Assembly (NCBI GenBank): GCA_002269645.1
Contig: NIVC01000390.1
Span: forward strand, 310,001 to 374,000
Source of the DNA: Macrostomum lignano
Taxonomy: Eukaryota
Length of the DNA: 64,000 nucleotides
Reading direction: 5' to 3'
The position numbers and the translations under genes were made by a program. Positions 26,144 to 36,500 of this stretch are shown piece after piece (position 1 is the stretch's first letter; each line of letters opens with the position of its first letter). The notes under the pieces were generated by a model. That model saw only the letters and a program-made list of their open reading frames with translations. It did not search any database and was not told the origin of the DNA.

Positions 26144-27790
26144 CCAATTACTGCAAACTTACACCCTTCCCACTCCTCCTACACCTTCATTTTCCCTCGG
26201 CTGACACTCGCCATTACTATCATCTGTCTCCCATATTGGGAGGCAAAGCGAGGCTTAATTGTGGCGGAGGTGTCAAGCGCTATCGGGGAGCCGGCCGCGG
26301 CTGCTCCTATCGTTGCTGATGCCGGAGTGGAACCTGAAGTTGTTACTGAAGCCAGACCTGAAATTGTCGCCGAAGCCAGACCTGAAGCTGTCGCTGAAGC
26401 AGCAGCTCTAGCTGTAGTTGAAGCGGGGCCTGAAGCTATTGCTGAGGCGACACCTGAAGTTGTAGTTGAATCGAGACCTGAAGTTATTGCTGAAGCGGAA
26501 CCTGAACTTGAAGCTGAAGCGGGGGCGCTAGTTGTTGCCGACGCGGGGCCCGAAGAAGCTGTTGCGGGCGCTGATTCAACAGCCGATGCGGACACCGCCG
26601 CGGGCGCAGTTGGGAGCGTTGCGTCCGGCGCAGACGATCAAATCTGCGCCTGGGTGGTGGAAGCCATGGACCGATGCCAGCGGCAGAAGCGGCGCCGCGA
26701 TCTCGATACGATAATCCGATTCACGCTGAATAAGCACAGCGTCGGAGCGGAAACTGTTCGCCAGGCGATTCGGCGGATGGAGGAGCGCGGCATCATAATC
26801 GGCGTGCCCATTGCCGACTATGTCAGCTACCGGATGACCGCCAAGTCGCCGGCTTGCGGCGGCATCGCGTCGCCCGCTCCAGCTGGCGGGGTAGCCGGCG
26901 TCGGAGTCGCAGTCGGCAGCGGCGGCCTCTCCGCCGATCGTCGGAAGCGCCGGCGCAGCGGGCCAGACGGAGCGCCGACTCCGCCTGTTAAGCGTCCCCT
27001 GGCGCCAGTGTTTCCCAAACTGGAGCCGGGAGATCCCATGCGCATGCCGCTGATGCCGCACGGCCATCATCATCATCAGCATCATCACGCCGCCGCTCTG
27101 GCCGCCGCCGCTGCTGGACGACCCGTCGTGCTGCCTGCCACAGCCGTTGTGGTGTCCAAGTCCGGCCAGATACCGTTGGCGAGTCTGCAGTCGCACTCGC
27201 AGCAGCGCCAGCAGCATCAGGTGCCGACTGCTATTGCTCCCGCGCCGCCGCAGCAGCAGCCGCCGCTTCAGGCTACGACGCAACTAGTTCACGCGGCATT
27301 TTCAACTCAGCAGATTCACCAGCAGGCCACTGCTCAGCATCAGCAGCAACAGCAGCCGGTTTTTGTCACGGCCAAGCTGTCAATGGACGGAAGTCACATG
27401 ATTGTTGGCGACATCGCCGCCGAAGCAGTCGCCAGTCGGACTGCTGCCGCCGGTCAACTCAATGGGGCCTGCGAGGCCGCCGCGGCGCCGGTTGTTGACG
27501 CGCCAGCAGACGGCCAGGCGACCAACGGCGGCGGCTGCAGCGACGGCACGGGTGTTGAAGAGACTCCCAGCGTGTTAGACTGGACAGTTGAGGAGGTTCG
27601 AGACTGGCTGAAGTGCGAAGGCTACCCAGCTGAAGCTGACTGTTTCCTTAACGAACAGGTTGACGGAATCTCTCTAATGCTAATTAGACGCATGGATTTG
27701 CTCACCAAAGTCGGCATTAGGCTGGGTCCGGCTATTAAAATATTCGCCAAAATATGCGATCTGCAGACTCGAGTTTCCACTCTGTCCTGA
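26144..27790 (+). CDS. SAMD1: SAMD1/atherin-like protein: acidic E/A/V/P repeat N-terminus, winged-helix domain, low-complexity linker, C-terminal SAM domain
   Basis: WVVEAMDRCQRQKRRRDLDTII...SYR matches the SAMD1/KAT6 winged-helix pattern. WTVEEVRDWL...FLNEQVDGISLMLI...GIRLGPAIKI is a SAM domain. The 5' end is uncertain: in-frame TGA at 26117-19, first in-frame ATG at 26666 (inside the domain), phase-0 acceptor tgacaag|26144. Confidence 0.8.
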   Translation, partial: PITANLHPSHSSYTFIFPRLTLAITIICLPYWEAKRGLIVAEVSSAIGEPAAAAPIVADAGVEPEVVTEARPEIVAEARPEAVAEAAALAVVEAGPEAIAEATPEVVVESRPEVIAEAEPELEAEAGALVVADAGPEEAVAGADSTADADTAAGAVGSVASGADDQICAWVVEAMDRCQRQKRRRDLDTIIRFTLNKHSVGAETVRQAIRRMEERGIIIGVPIADYVSYRMTAKSPACGGIASPAPAGGVAGVGVAVGSGGLSADRRKRRRSGPDGAPTPPVKRPLAPVFPKLEPGDPMRMPLMPHGHHHHQHHHAAALAAAAAGRPVVLPATAVVVSKSGQIPLASLQSHSQQRQQHQVPTAIAPAPPQQQPPLQATTQLVHAAFSTQQIHQQATAQHQQQQQPVFVTAKLSMDGSHMIVGDIAAEAVASRTAAAGQLNGACEAAAAPVVDAPADGQATNGGGCSDGTGVEETPSVLDWTVEEVRDWLKCEGYPAEADCFLNEQVDGISLMLIRRMDLLTKVGIRLGPAIKIFAKICDLQTRVSTLS

Positions 27791-28003
27791 GGCTCTATTT
27801 AGAAACTACTTATATTTCGAACAATTTTTTTCTGAAATGAAAAACTTTGTTTACTGATGTTGTTAGAATGTCTTTATAATCTTTTATTGACCGTCCTTTA
27901 TTGCATGCTTAATTATTATTGCTTTAGTTATTTGAAATTTATCTATAAGATCGTGAAAATAAAGGCTCGGATGAGGCCAAAAGCTTATAGGGTACCCTCC
28001 CTG

Positions 28004-28270
28004 AACTGCTGACTGGATAGCCACTCTCCCTGAACTGCTGACTGGATAGCCACCCTCGCTGAACTGCTGACTGGATAGCCACCGTCCCTGAACTGCTGAT
28101 CGGATAGCCACCCTCCCTGAATTGCTGACTGGATAGCCACTCTCCCTGAACTGCTGACTGGATAGCCACTCTCCCTGAACTGCTGACTGGATAGCCACTC
28201 TCCCTGAACTGCTGACTGGATAGCCACTCTCCCTGAACTGCTAATCGGATAGCCACTCTCTCTGAACTGC
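28004..28270. repeat. 29-bp minisatellite TCTCCCTGAACTGCTGACTGGATAGCCAC, about 9 copies
   Basis: Read directly; lies after the SAMD1-like AATAAA (about 27958). Confidence 0.95.
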
Positions 28271-28954
28271 TACCACCCTTGTTAAACCATGTGGCTATTA
28301 TAATTACGTGAATATAATTAATCGTTATTGTTAGTCTTACTAATAATTGATTTTCATGTTTTCTAAGTTTATTGTATAAGACCGAAATTGCCTATTATTT
28401 TTTAGGCACATTGTAAATATTTTATAGTTTGTTTGTTTATAGCTAAGAGTACTTAACTTGTCTTTTAATTGACAAAGGTTTTTTTGTTTAAATGTAGTGC
28501 ACGCTTTTATATAAGTTGTCATTTTTTGTTATAATCGATTGCTCGCAAATGCAGACTCTTGCAAACATTGTAATTTAATAATGTCGTGACAATTAGCGAC
28601 TGTCTACTATAAGTAGACAGATGGAACATCAAAAGCGATTTTTATAGCTAGTTTTCGCAAGTGCAGAGTTTGTCTGCAACTGCCATTTTGCGCCACCTTT
28701 TCTGTAAATTAAAACAAATTCGTTCATTCGTGTGCAAACGTGCAATTTTGTGTTTGTCACTTGTAAGCTCCTGTGCAACACTGCCGGCTGCTATAGAAAC
28801 TGCTTTTCTTACATTTATAGCTAAATTTTATCAATAAAAGCGTGTACTGTATTGATCCGTCGCTGCTTAAGTACTAGATAAGAGTTATCTTTGTTTCCAA
28901 ATATCCACTGAAATGTTAGACATTAAAGCTGCTCTTAGTAATTTCTAAAACTTT

Positions 28955-29470
28955 TACCCCGAGAGATTTTCTCACGGAATTCCCCTATAATTCATGGAAT
29001 TATTCTACAATTCTCTCACGGAATTCCCCTGTTTCTCATGGAATTCTCCTATGATTCTCTCACGGAATTCCACTATGTTTCTCATGGAATTCTCCTATGA
29101 TTCTCTCACGGAATTCCCCTATGATTCTTATGGAATTCTCCTATGATTCTCTCACGTAATTCCCCTATGTTTCTCATGGAATTATTCAACAATTCTCACG
29201 GAATTTCCCTGTTTCTCATGGAATTCTCCTATGATTCTTCTCACAAAAATCCCCTATGATTCTCATGGAATACCCCAACGATTCTCTATGAATTTCCCTA
29301 AGATTCTCGCATGGAATTCCCCTACAATTCTCTCACAGAATTCCCCTATGATTCTCATGGAGTTATCCTATGATTCTCTCACGGAATTCCCTTTTGATTT
29401 TATCGGTCTTCTCTGGATAAATTCCACAGAAATTATACCCCGGAATTACCTTATGGTCTCAGTCTCCTCT
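28955..29470. repeat. Degenerate GGAATTC-rich repeat with 22-25-bp subunits
   Basis: Recurrent CTCTCACGGAATTCCCCTATG and TTCTCATGGAATTCTCCTATGA. Confidence 0.85.
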
Positions 29471-29874
29471 CGAGAATTCCACTCTCTCCCCGGATCTCCC
29501 CGTGATTTTCGTCTCTTCTGTGTCTGAGCATCATCATCATTTTCTACTTGGATTGTTATGGACACCATAATTTTCTTTATTGCTTCAAATGCTTGAATTG
29601 TGTTAGCTAATCATTGCAATCTGCTCCGTTGGCTAACTAATTGTTTTGCTGCACAAGTTTCTATTTATTGTTGCTAATCCCAATTTAGCGACTGGTATAT
29701 TTAATCTGACTGTTCATGTATCCTATATATTATTTATGTATTGTAAATTACATTATACATGTTCTTTATCAGCTCTTGTTGCGAAGTAGCCATTAATGCG
29801 CTAAGTAACATTATACTGTTACTGTTGTATTTTGTTTGTTTTTGTAACAACTGATCTAAATTGACTCTGACTCC

Positions 29875-31020
29875 TCTGTCCCTTGTGGCCCAGTGACCCT
29901 TCTATCCCCTGTGCCCCTGTGCCCCTGTGCCCCAGTGACCATTCTATCCTCTGTCCCATACTACATCAGTGACCATTCTATTCCCTGTCCCCTGTGCCCC
30001 AGTGACCATTCTATCCTCTGTCCCATACTGCATCAGTGACCATTCTATCCTCTATCCCATACTGCATTAGTGACCATTCTATCCCCTGTCCCCTGTGCCC
30101 CAGTGACCATCTATCCTCTGTCCCATACCGCATCAGTGACCATTCTATCCCCTGTCCCATACCGCATCAGTGACCATCCTATCCTCTGTCCCATACCGCA
30201 TCAGTGACCATTCTATCCCCTGTCCCATACCGCATCAGTGACCATTCTATCCCCTGTCCCATACCGCATCAGTGACCATTCTATCCTCTGTCCCATACTG
30301 CATCAGTGACCATTCTATCCCCTGTCCCATACCGCATCAGTGACCATCCTATCCTCTGTTCCATACCGCATCAGTGACTATTCTATCCCCTGTCCCATAC
30401 CGCATCTGTGACCATCCTATCCTCTGTCCCATACCGCATCAGTGACCATCCTATCCTCTGTCCCATACCGCATCAGTGACCATTCTATCCCCTGTCCCAT
30501 ACCGCATCAGTGACCATCCTATCCTCTGTCCCATACCGCATCAGTGACCATTCTATCCCCTGTCCCATACCGCATCAGTGACCATTCTATCCCCTGTCCC
30601 ATACCGCATCAGTGACCATTCTATCCCCTGTCCCATACCGCATCAGTGACCATTCTATCCCCTGTCCCATACCGCATCAGTGACCATTCTATCCCCTGTC
30701 CCATACCGCATCAGTGACCATTCTATCCCCTGTCCCATACCGCATCAGTGACCATTCTATCCTCTGTCCCATACTGCATCAGTGACCATTCTATCCCCTG
30801 TCCCATACCGCATCAGTGACCATCCTATCCTCTGTTCCATACCGCATCAGTGACTATTCTATCCCCTGTCCCATACCGCATCTGTGACCATCCTATCCTC
30901 TGTCCCATACCGCATCAGTGACCATTCTATCCCCTGTCCCATACCGCATCAGTGACCATTCTATCCCCTGTCCCATACTGCATCAGTGACCATTCTATCC
31001 TCTGTCGCATACCGCATCAG
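29875..31020. repeat. 34-bp minisatellite CCCATACCGCATCAGTGACCATTCTATCCCCTGT, about 33 copies
   Basis: Period 34; a variant block recurs 476 bp (14 units) later. Confidence 0.97.
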
Positions 31021-31604
31021 TGCCGCAATCTGTAGCCTTTATTCCCGAATGATTAAAGTCTTCAAAAAACAGTGTCGCTATCTTCCAGCAAACTTATACA
31101 AAAGCAAATAGCAACTTATAGCCATATTTTTATTGAAGTTACGCTTTCCCAGTGTACAAGCAATCAAATTTGCATTGTTCAGCCTTTTCCTAATAACCGC
31201 ATGCGTTCAACTGCTTAACGAGTAGCCTTGATTAGCTAAATCGATGTATTGTTTCCCATTGGGATACTATATTTGAATAAGTTTTTTATTATTACAAATT
31301 TTAAATTAGCTCAGCTTTTTAATTATACATAATTTATATGAGTTATTTGATATAAATTGGTCGCAATAATGTGTGTGTAGTCCAATGCGCTTGCGTAATC
31401 TCGTGCTATAGCAATTTTTCTGAAGCCATGTACAGTTTTTTATGGCTGAAAATTAGTGCTGAGGTCTTCTTTATTCTTATTTAACCTAGCTATTTTATGT
31501 CATTCCTGACCCCTTAGTTCCTGTCCTAATGTTATAGCTGGCAATATCTTTATCCCAATAGTTCTGTCATACAGTCCCAAAAATTAAGTTACTGCCATCT
31601 CACC

Positions 31605-33470
31605 CAATTCAACCAGTGCCATCTCACCCAATTCAGCCAGTGCCATCTCACATAGTCAAGCCAGTGTCATCTCACATAGTCAAGCCAGTGCCATCTCACA
31701 CAGTCCAGCCAGTGCCATCTCACACAGTCAAGCCAGTGCCATCTCACATAGTCAAGCCAGTGCCATCTCACACAGCCAATTGCTATTGCCATCTCACACA
31801 GTCAAGCCAGTGCCATCTCGCCCAATCCAGCAAGTGCCATCTCACGCAGTCAAGCCAGTTCCATCTCACACAGTAAAGCCAGTGCCATCTCACACAGTCA
31901 AGCCAGTGCTATCTCACATAGTCAAGCCAGTGCCATCTCACAGTTATAATAGTCAAGCCATTTCCGTCTCACAGTTATAATAGTTAAGCCAGTGCCATCT
32001 CACAGTTATAATAGTCAAGCTAGTGCCATCTCACACAGCCAAGCCAGTGCCATCTCACACAGTTAAGCCAGTGCCATCTCACACAGTCAAGCCAGTGCCA
32101 TCTCACACAGTCAAGCCAGTGCCATCTCACACAGTCAAGCCAGTGCCATCTCACATAGTCAAGCCAGTGCCATCTCACACAGTCAAGCCAGTGCCATCTC
32201 ACACAGTCAAGCCAGTGCCATCTCACACAGTCAAGCCAGTGCCATCTCACACAGTCAAGCCAGTGCCATCTCACACAGTTAAGCCAGTGCCATCTCACAG
32301 TTATAATAGTCAAGCCATTTCCGTCTCACAGTTATAATAGTTAAGCCAGTGCCATCTCACAGTTATAATAGTCAAGCTAGTGCCATCTCACACAGCCAAG
32401 CCAGTGCCATCTCACACAGTTAAGCCAGTGCCATCTCACACAGTCAAGCCAGTGCCATCTCACACAGTTAAGCCAGTGCCATCTCACAGTTATAATAGTC
32501 AAGCCAGTGCTGTCTCACAGTTATAATATTCAAGCCAGTGCCATATCACAGTTATAATATTCAAACCAGTGCCATCTCACACAGTCAAGCCAGTGCTATC
32601 TCACACAGTCAAGCCAGTGCCATCTCACACAGTCAAGCCAGTGCTATCTCACACAGTCAAGCCAGTGCCATCTCACACAGTCAAGCCAGTGCCATCTCAC
32701 ACAGTCAAGCCAGTGCCATCTCACAGTTATAATAGTCAAGCCAGTGCCGTCTCACAGTTATAATATTCAAACCAGTGCCATCTCACAGTTATAATATTCA
32801 AGCCAGTGCCATCTCACAGTTATAATAGTCAAGCTAGTGCCATCTCACACAGCCAAGCCAGTGCTATATCACAGTTATAATATTCAAGCCAGTGCCATCT
32901 CACAGTTATAATAGTCAAGCTAGTGCCATCTCACACAGTCAAGCCAGTGCCATCTCACACAGTCAAGCCAGTGCCATCTCACACAGTCAAGCCAGTGCCA
33001 TCTCACACAGTCAAGCCAGTGCCATCTCACACAGTCAAGCCAGTGCCATCTCACACAGTCAAGCCAGTGCCATCTCACATAGTCAAGCCAGTGCCATCTC
33101 ACACAGTCAAGCCAGTGCTATCTCACACAGCCAAGCCAGTGCCATCTCACATAGTCAAGCCAGTGCCATCTCACACAGTCAAGCCAGTGCCATCTCACAC
33201 AGCCAAGCCATTGCCATCTCACATAGTCAAGCCAGTGCCATCTCACACAGTCAAGCCAGTGCCATCTCACACAGTTAAACCAGTGCCATCTCACAGTCAA
33301 GCCAGTGCCATCTCACATAGTCAAGCCAGTTCCATCTCACAGTCAAGCCAGTGCCATCTCACATAGTCAAGCGAGTGCCATCTCACACAGCCAAGCCAGT
33401 GCCATCTAACACAGCCAAGCCAGTGCCATCTCACACAGTCAAGCCAGTGCTATCTCACACAGCCAAGCCA
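31605..33470. repeat. 24-bp minisatellite AGCCAGTGCCATCTCACACAGTCA with longer TTATAAT-containing variants, about 75 copies
   Basis: Read directly; ends about 35 bp before the ELP2 acceptor. Confidence 0.97.
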
Positions 33471-33488
33471 GTCAATCTATATGATGCT

Positions 33489-33505
33489 CTGTATTCGCAA
33501 TTCAG
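33489..33505 (+). promoter_or_regulatory. Splice acceptor ahead of the first ELP2 codon (candidate SL trans-splice site)
   Basis: TGTATTCGCAATTCAG|GCT; no coding donor exon recognised upstream. Confidence 0.6.
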
Positions 33506-36500
33506 GCTCGAATATATTCGGAGTACATATCGGCCAATCTGAACCAGTGCGCCCGGCCGGCCGACTGGGGTTCCGATGGCTTGTTGCTATGCGCCGTACA
33601 ATCCTGCGTCGGCCTCGCCCGGTTGGCCCCGCCCGGTCCGGAGCGTCGGCTGGTTCGCCTGGTCGGAGGCTGCCACACAGCGAGCGTGACGGCGGTGCGC
33701 TGGGTGGCCGACTCCGACCATCAGCAGCGGCGCCTCGGCCTGTCCTGCTCGGCTGACGGCACCGCTAGACTGTGGCTTGCCGGTGGGCCCGACTGCCAGC
33801 TGGACAGTCTGGCCTGTCTGAGCGGCGGGCACGGCAGCCAGGCTACACTGGAGAATGTTGACGGTCTGGCTGTTGACTCTGGAGTGCTGCACGGCGAACC
33901 GACAGGGGCTCTGGTGGCCACGGCCGGCTCGGATCATCGACTGGTGCTGTGGCGGCTAGCTACGAGTAATAGTCAGGTGAAGTATCTTAATGCAATCACG
34001 GGGGTGGTTTACGCGCGTACTTACAGTCGGATGTATTTAATGGTTTCACTGTGATTTACTGTGATTTACACCTGCCCTAATGAGCAGATGTGCAACCGAC
34101 AGCTCAGCCCCAGCTTTTTGCACGGCGCATCTGAAGGCTGCGTACGGCTGTTCAGTCCAAGGACTGGGGGTCACCACACACACCCACAATTGCCCCAGCT
34201 AATGCTGGCATCCATTTTACAGCTGGGTGAACTGAAGCAATGCAGAGTTAAGTGTCTTGCTCACGGACACAACTCGATCCGAGTGGGTCGAGAATCGAAC
34301 CCCCGACCTTTCGGTGAGCCCAACGCTCTAATCACTAGGCTACAACCACTCTTTACTGCTCCCTATTGGCTGAGAATCCTCAGCTTCTGCTTGTTGGAGT
34401 ATTTTCATTAGTAGGTAACACATCCAATGCAGGATAGGAGCTTTTAGGGCCGGAAATAGAGCACTTCACAGGTAGAATATCTTTCTATGCTTTTAGCTTC
34501 CTCTCAGAAAGAAATCACTTTTGAGAGTCTCCCCCCAAATTCTTGCCGGGATTCCCCACCGTGATTTTACGTATCAATAATTTGAGAATCGCAGCAAGAA
34601 ATTCCCCATTTAATTATTCCCCATCATTTTCATCTTTAGATAATTATTACCTGAAAGATTCCTACGGAATTCGTGTCACTTTCAACTGTCAGTTTCTCTC
34701 CCCGAAAACCCCTTGCACTTCCAGCGATTCTCCCGGAATTTCCCCGGAAATCCCCCGGACTCTCAAACATTTCGGCTTCCTCTCGTGAATCTTTTTTCAG
34801 AGAATTCCTCCTTTAGGAATTTCGCCTAAGAATATGGTTTCCACTTGGGAATCGCTTCCAGAGATGTCCTCGGGAATTCCAAAGCGAGTGTTTTATTAAT
34901 AATTTCTGCTAATTTTCAATGGCAGTCGGCTTGGTCAGTGTCTCGTGTTGACGACATCAGCCTCGGCGGCGGGTTTGCATTCGGCCTGCGGCTCATCCGG
35001 TTCAACAATTCGGTGCTGCTGGCCTACGGCGACGACGATGGCGCATTGAATCTGGCCGAAACCGCTGGTGGCGAGGCGATTCGGCGAGTAATTCGCGTCA
35101 GCGGCGGCCACCAGGACTGGGTGCGCGACATCGACTGGGTGGAATTGCCCGACCAGGAGGGGTGCGCTCTGATTGCCACGGCTAGTCAGGACTCCACGGT
35201 CAGGCTGTGGCGGCTGGAGCGTCTGCCAGATTATGACAACGCTGCGGTGACTGGCAAAGGGGACAGTTATAGCGATGGCAAGCGGCCGGCTCGTCTGCTC
35301 GATGTTGACCGTCAGGTGGCTTCTGAGGCTGGCGTGGGCTTCGGGCGGATTGCAATTCGACTGGAATCCGTGCTGCAGGTGTGCGGCTTGCTGCTTTTAT
35401 TGTGCTTTCCGCTGGGCTAATCAGCGGGCTTAGCTCTACTGGGCTAATCAGCGGGCTTAGCTCTACTGGGCTAATCAGCGGGCTTAGCTCTACTGGGCTA
35501 ATCAGCGGGCTTAGCTCTACTGGGCTAATCAGCGGGCTTAGCTCTACTGGGCTAATCAGCGGGCTTAGCTCTACTGGGCTAATCAGCGGGCTTAGCTCTA
35601 CTGGGCTAATCAGCGGGCTTAGCTCTACTGGGCTAATCAGCGGGCTTAGCTCTACTGGGCTAATCAGCGGGCTTAGCTCTACTGGGCTAATCAGCGGGCT
35701 TAGCTCTACTGGGCTAATCAGCGGGCTTAGCTCTACTGGGCTAATCAGCGGGCTTAGCTCTACTGGGCTAATCAGCGGGCTTAGCTCTACTGGGCTAATC
35801 AGCGGGCTTAGCTCTACTGGGCTAATCAGCGGGCTTAGCTCTACTGGGCTAATCAGCGGGCTTAGCTCTACTGGGCTAATCAGCGGGCTTAGCTCTACTG
35901 GGCTAATCAGCGGGCTTAGCTCTACTGGGCTAATCAGCGGGCTTAGCTCTACTGGGCTAATCAGCGGGCTTAGCTCTACTGGGCTAATCAGCGGGCTTAG
36001 CTCTACTGGGCTAATCAGCGGGCTTAGCTCTACTGAGCTGATCATTCAGTTAAAGTCTCACTGACGCCTACTCGCGCAGGGCCACGATTCGGCCGTCAAC
36101 TCCGTCAGATTCTTCTCTGTCAATGATGATGATGGCGCCGATGGTCAGCCCCAGTTGCGGCTGCTAACGAGCAGCATGGACCGCAGCCTGGTGGTCTGGC
36201 AGCCGCAGGCAGACGCTGGCGGACTCTGGCTGGAGCGCGACCGCGTCGGCTCACTCGGCGGCAATCAGCTCGGCTTCCTGCTTGGCCTGCCCAGTCCGCC
36301 TGATTCGCTGTCGGCTGGCGGTCAATCATTGTTAGCCTGCGGATTCAACGGCGCGCTCAGCCTGTGGACTCGGGTTGAAGGCGGCGAAACTGGAGAGGCA
36401 ACTCGCTGGCGCCCACTGGGCTGCTTCGGCGGGCATTCGGCGCCAGTTGAGTCGATAGCCTGGTCGCCAGGCGGCGCTTATTTGTTGAGCGCGTCGGCTG

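Noticed and set aside
27895-27910. TTTATTGCATG resembling the 3' end of a flatworm spliced leader
   Set aside because: No GT donor follows, and no recognisable 5' SL part or Sm site is present; this is a chance match in an AT-rich 3' region.
29875-33470. CRISPR-like arrays (also 4150-4845, 40685-41515, 46828-47715)
   Set aside because: Units are head-to-tail with no unique spacers, there are no cas genes, and the context is eukaryotic; they are minisatellites.
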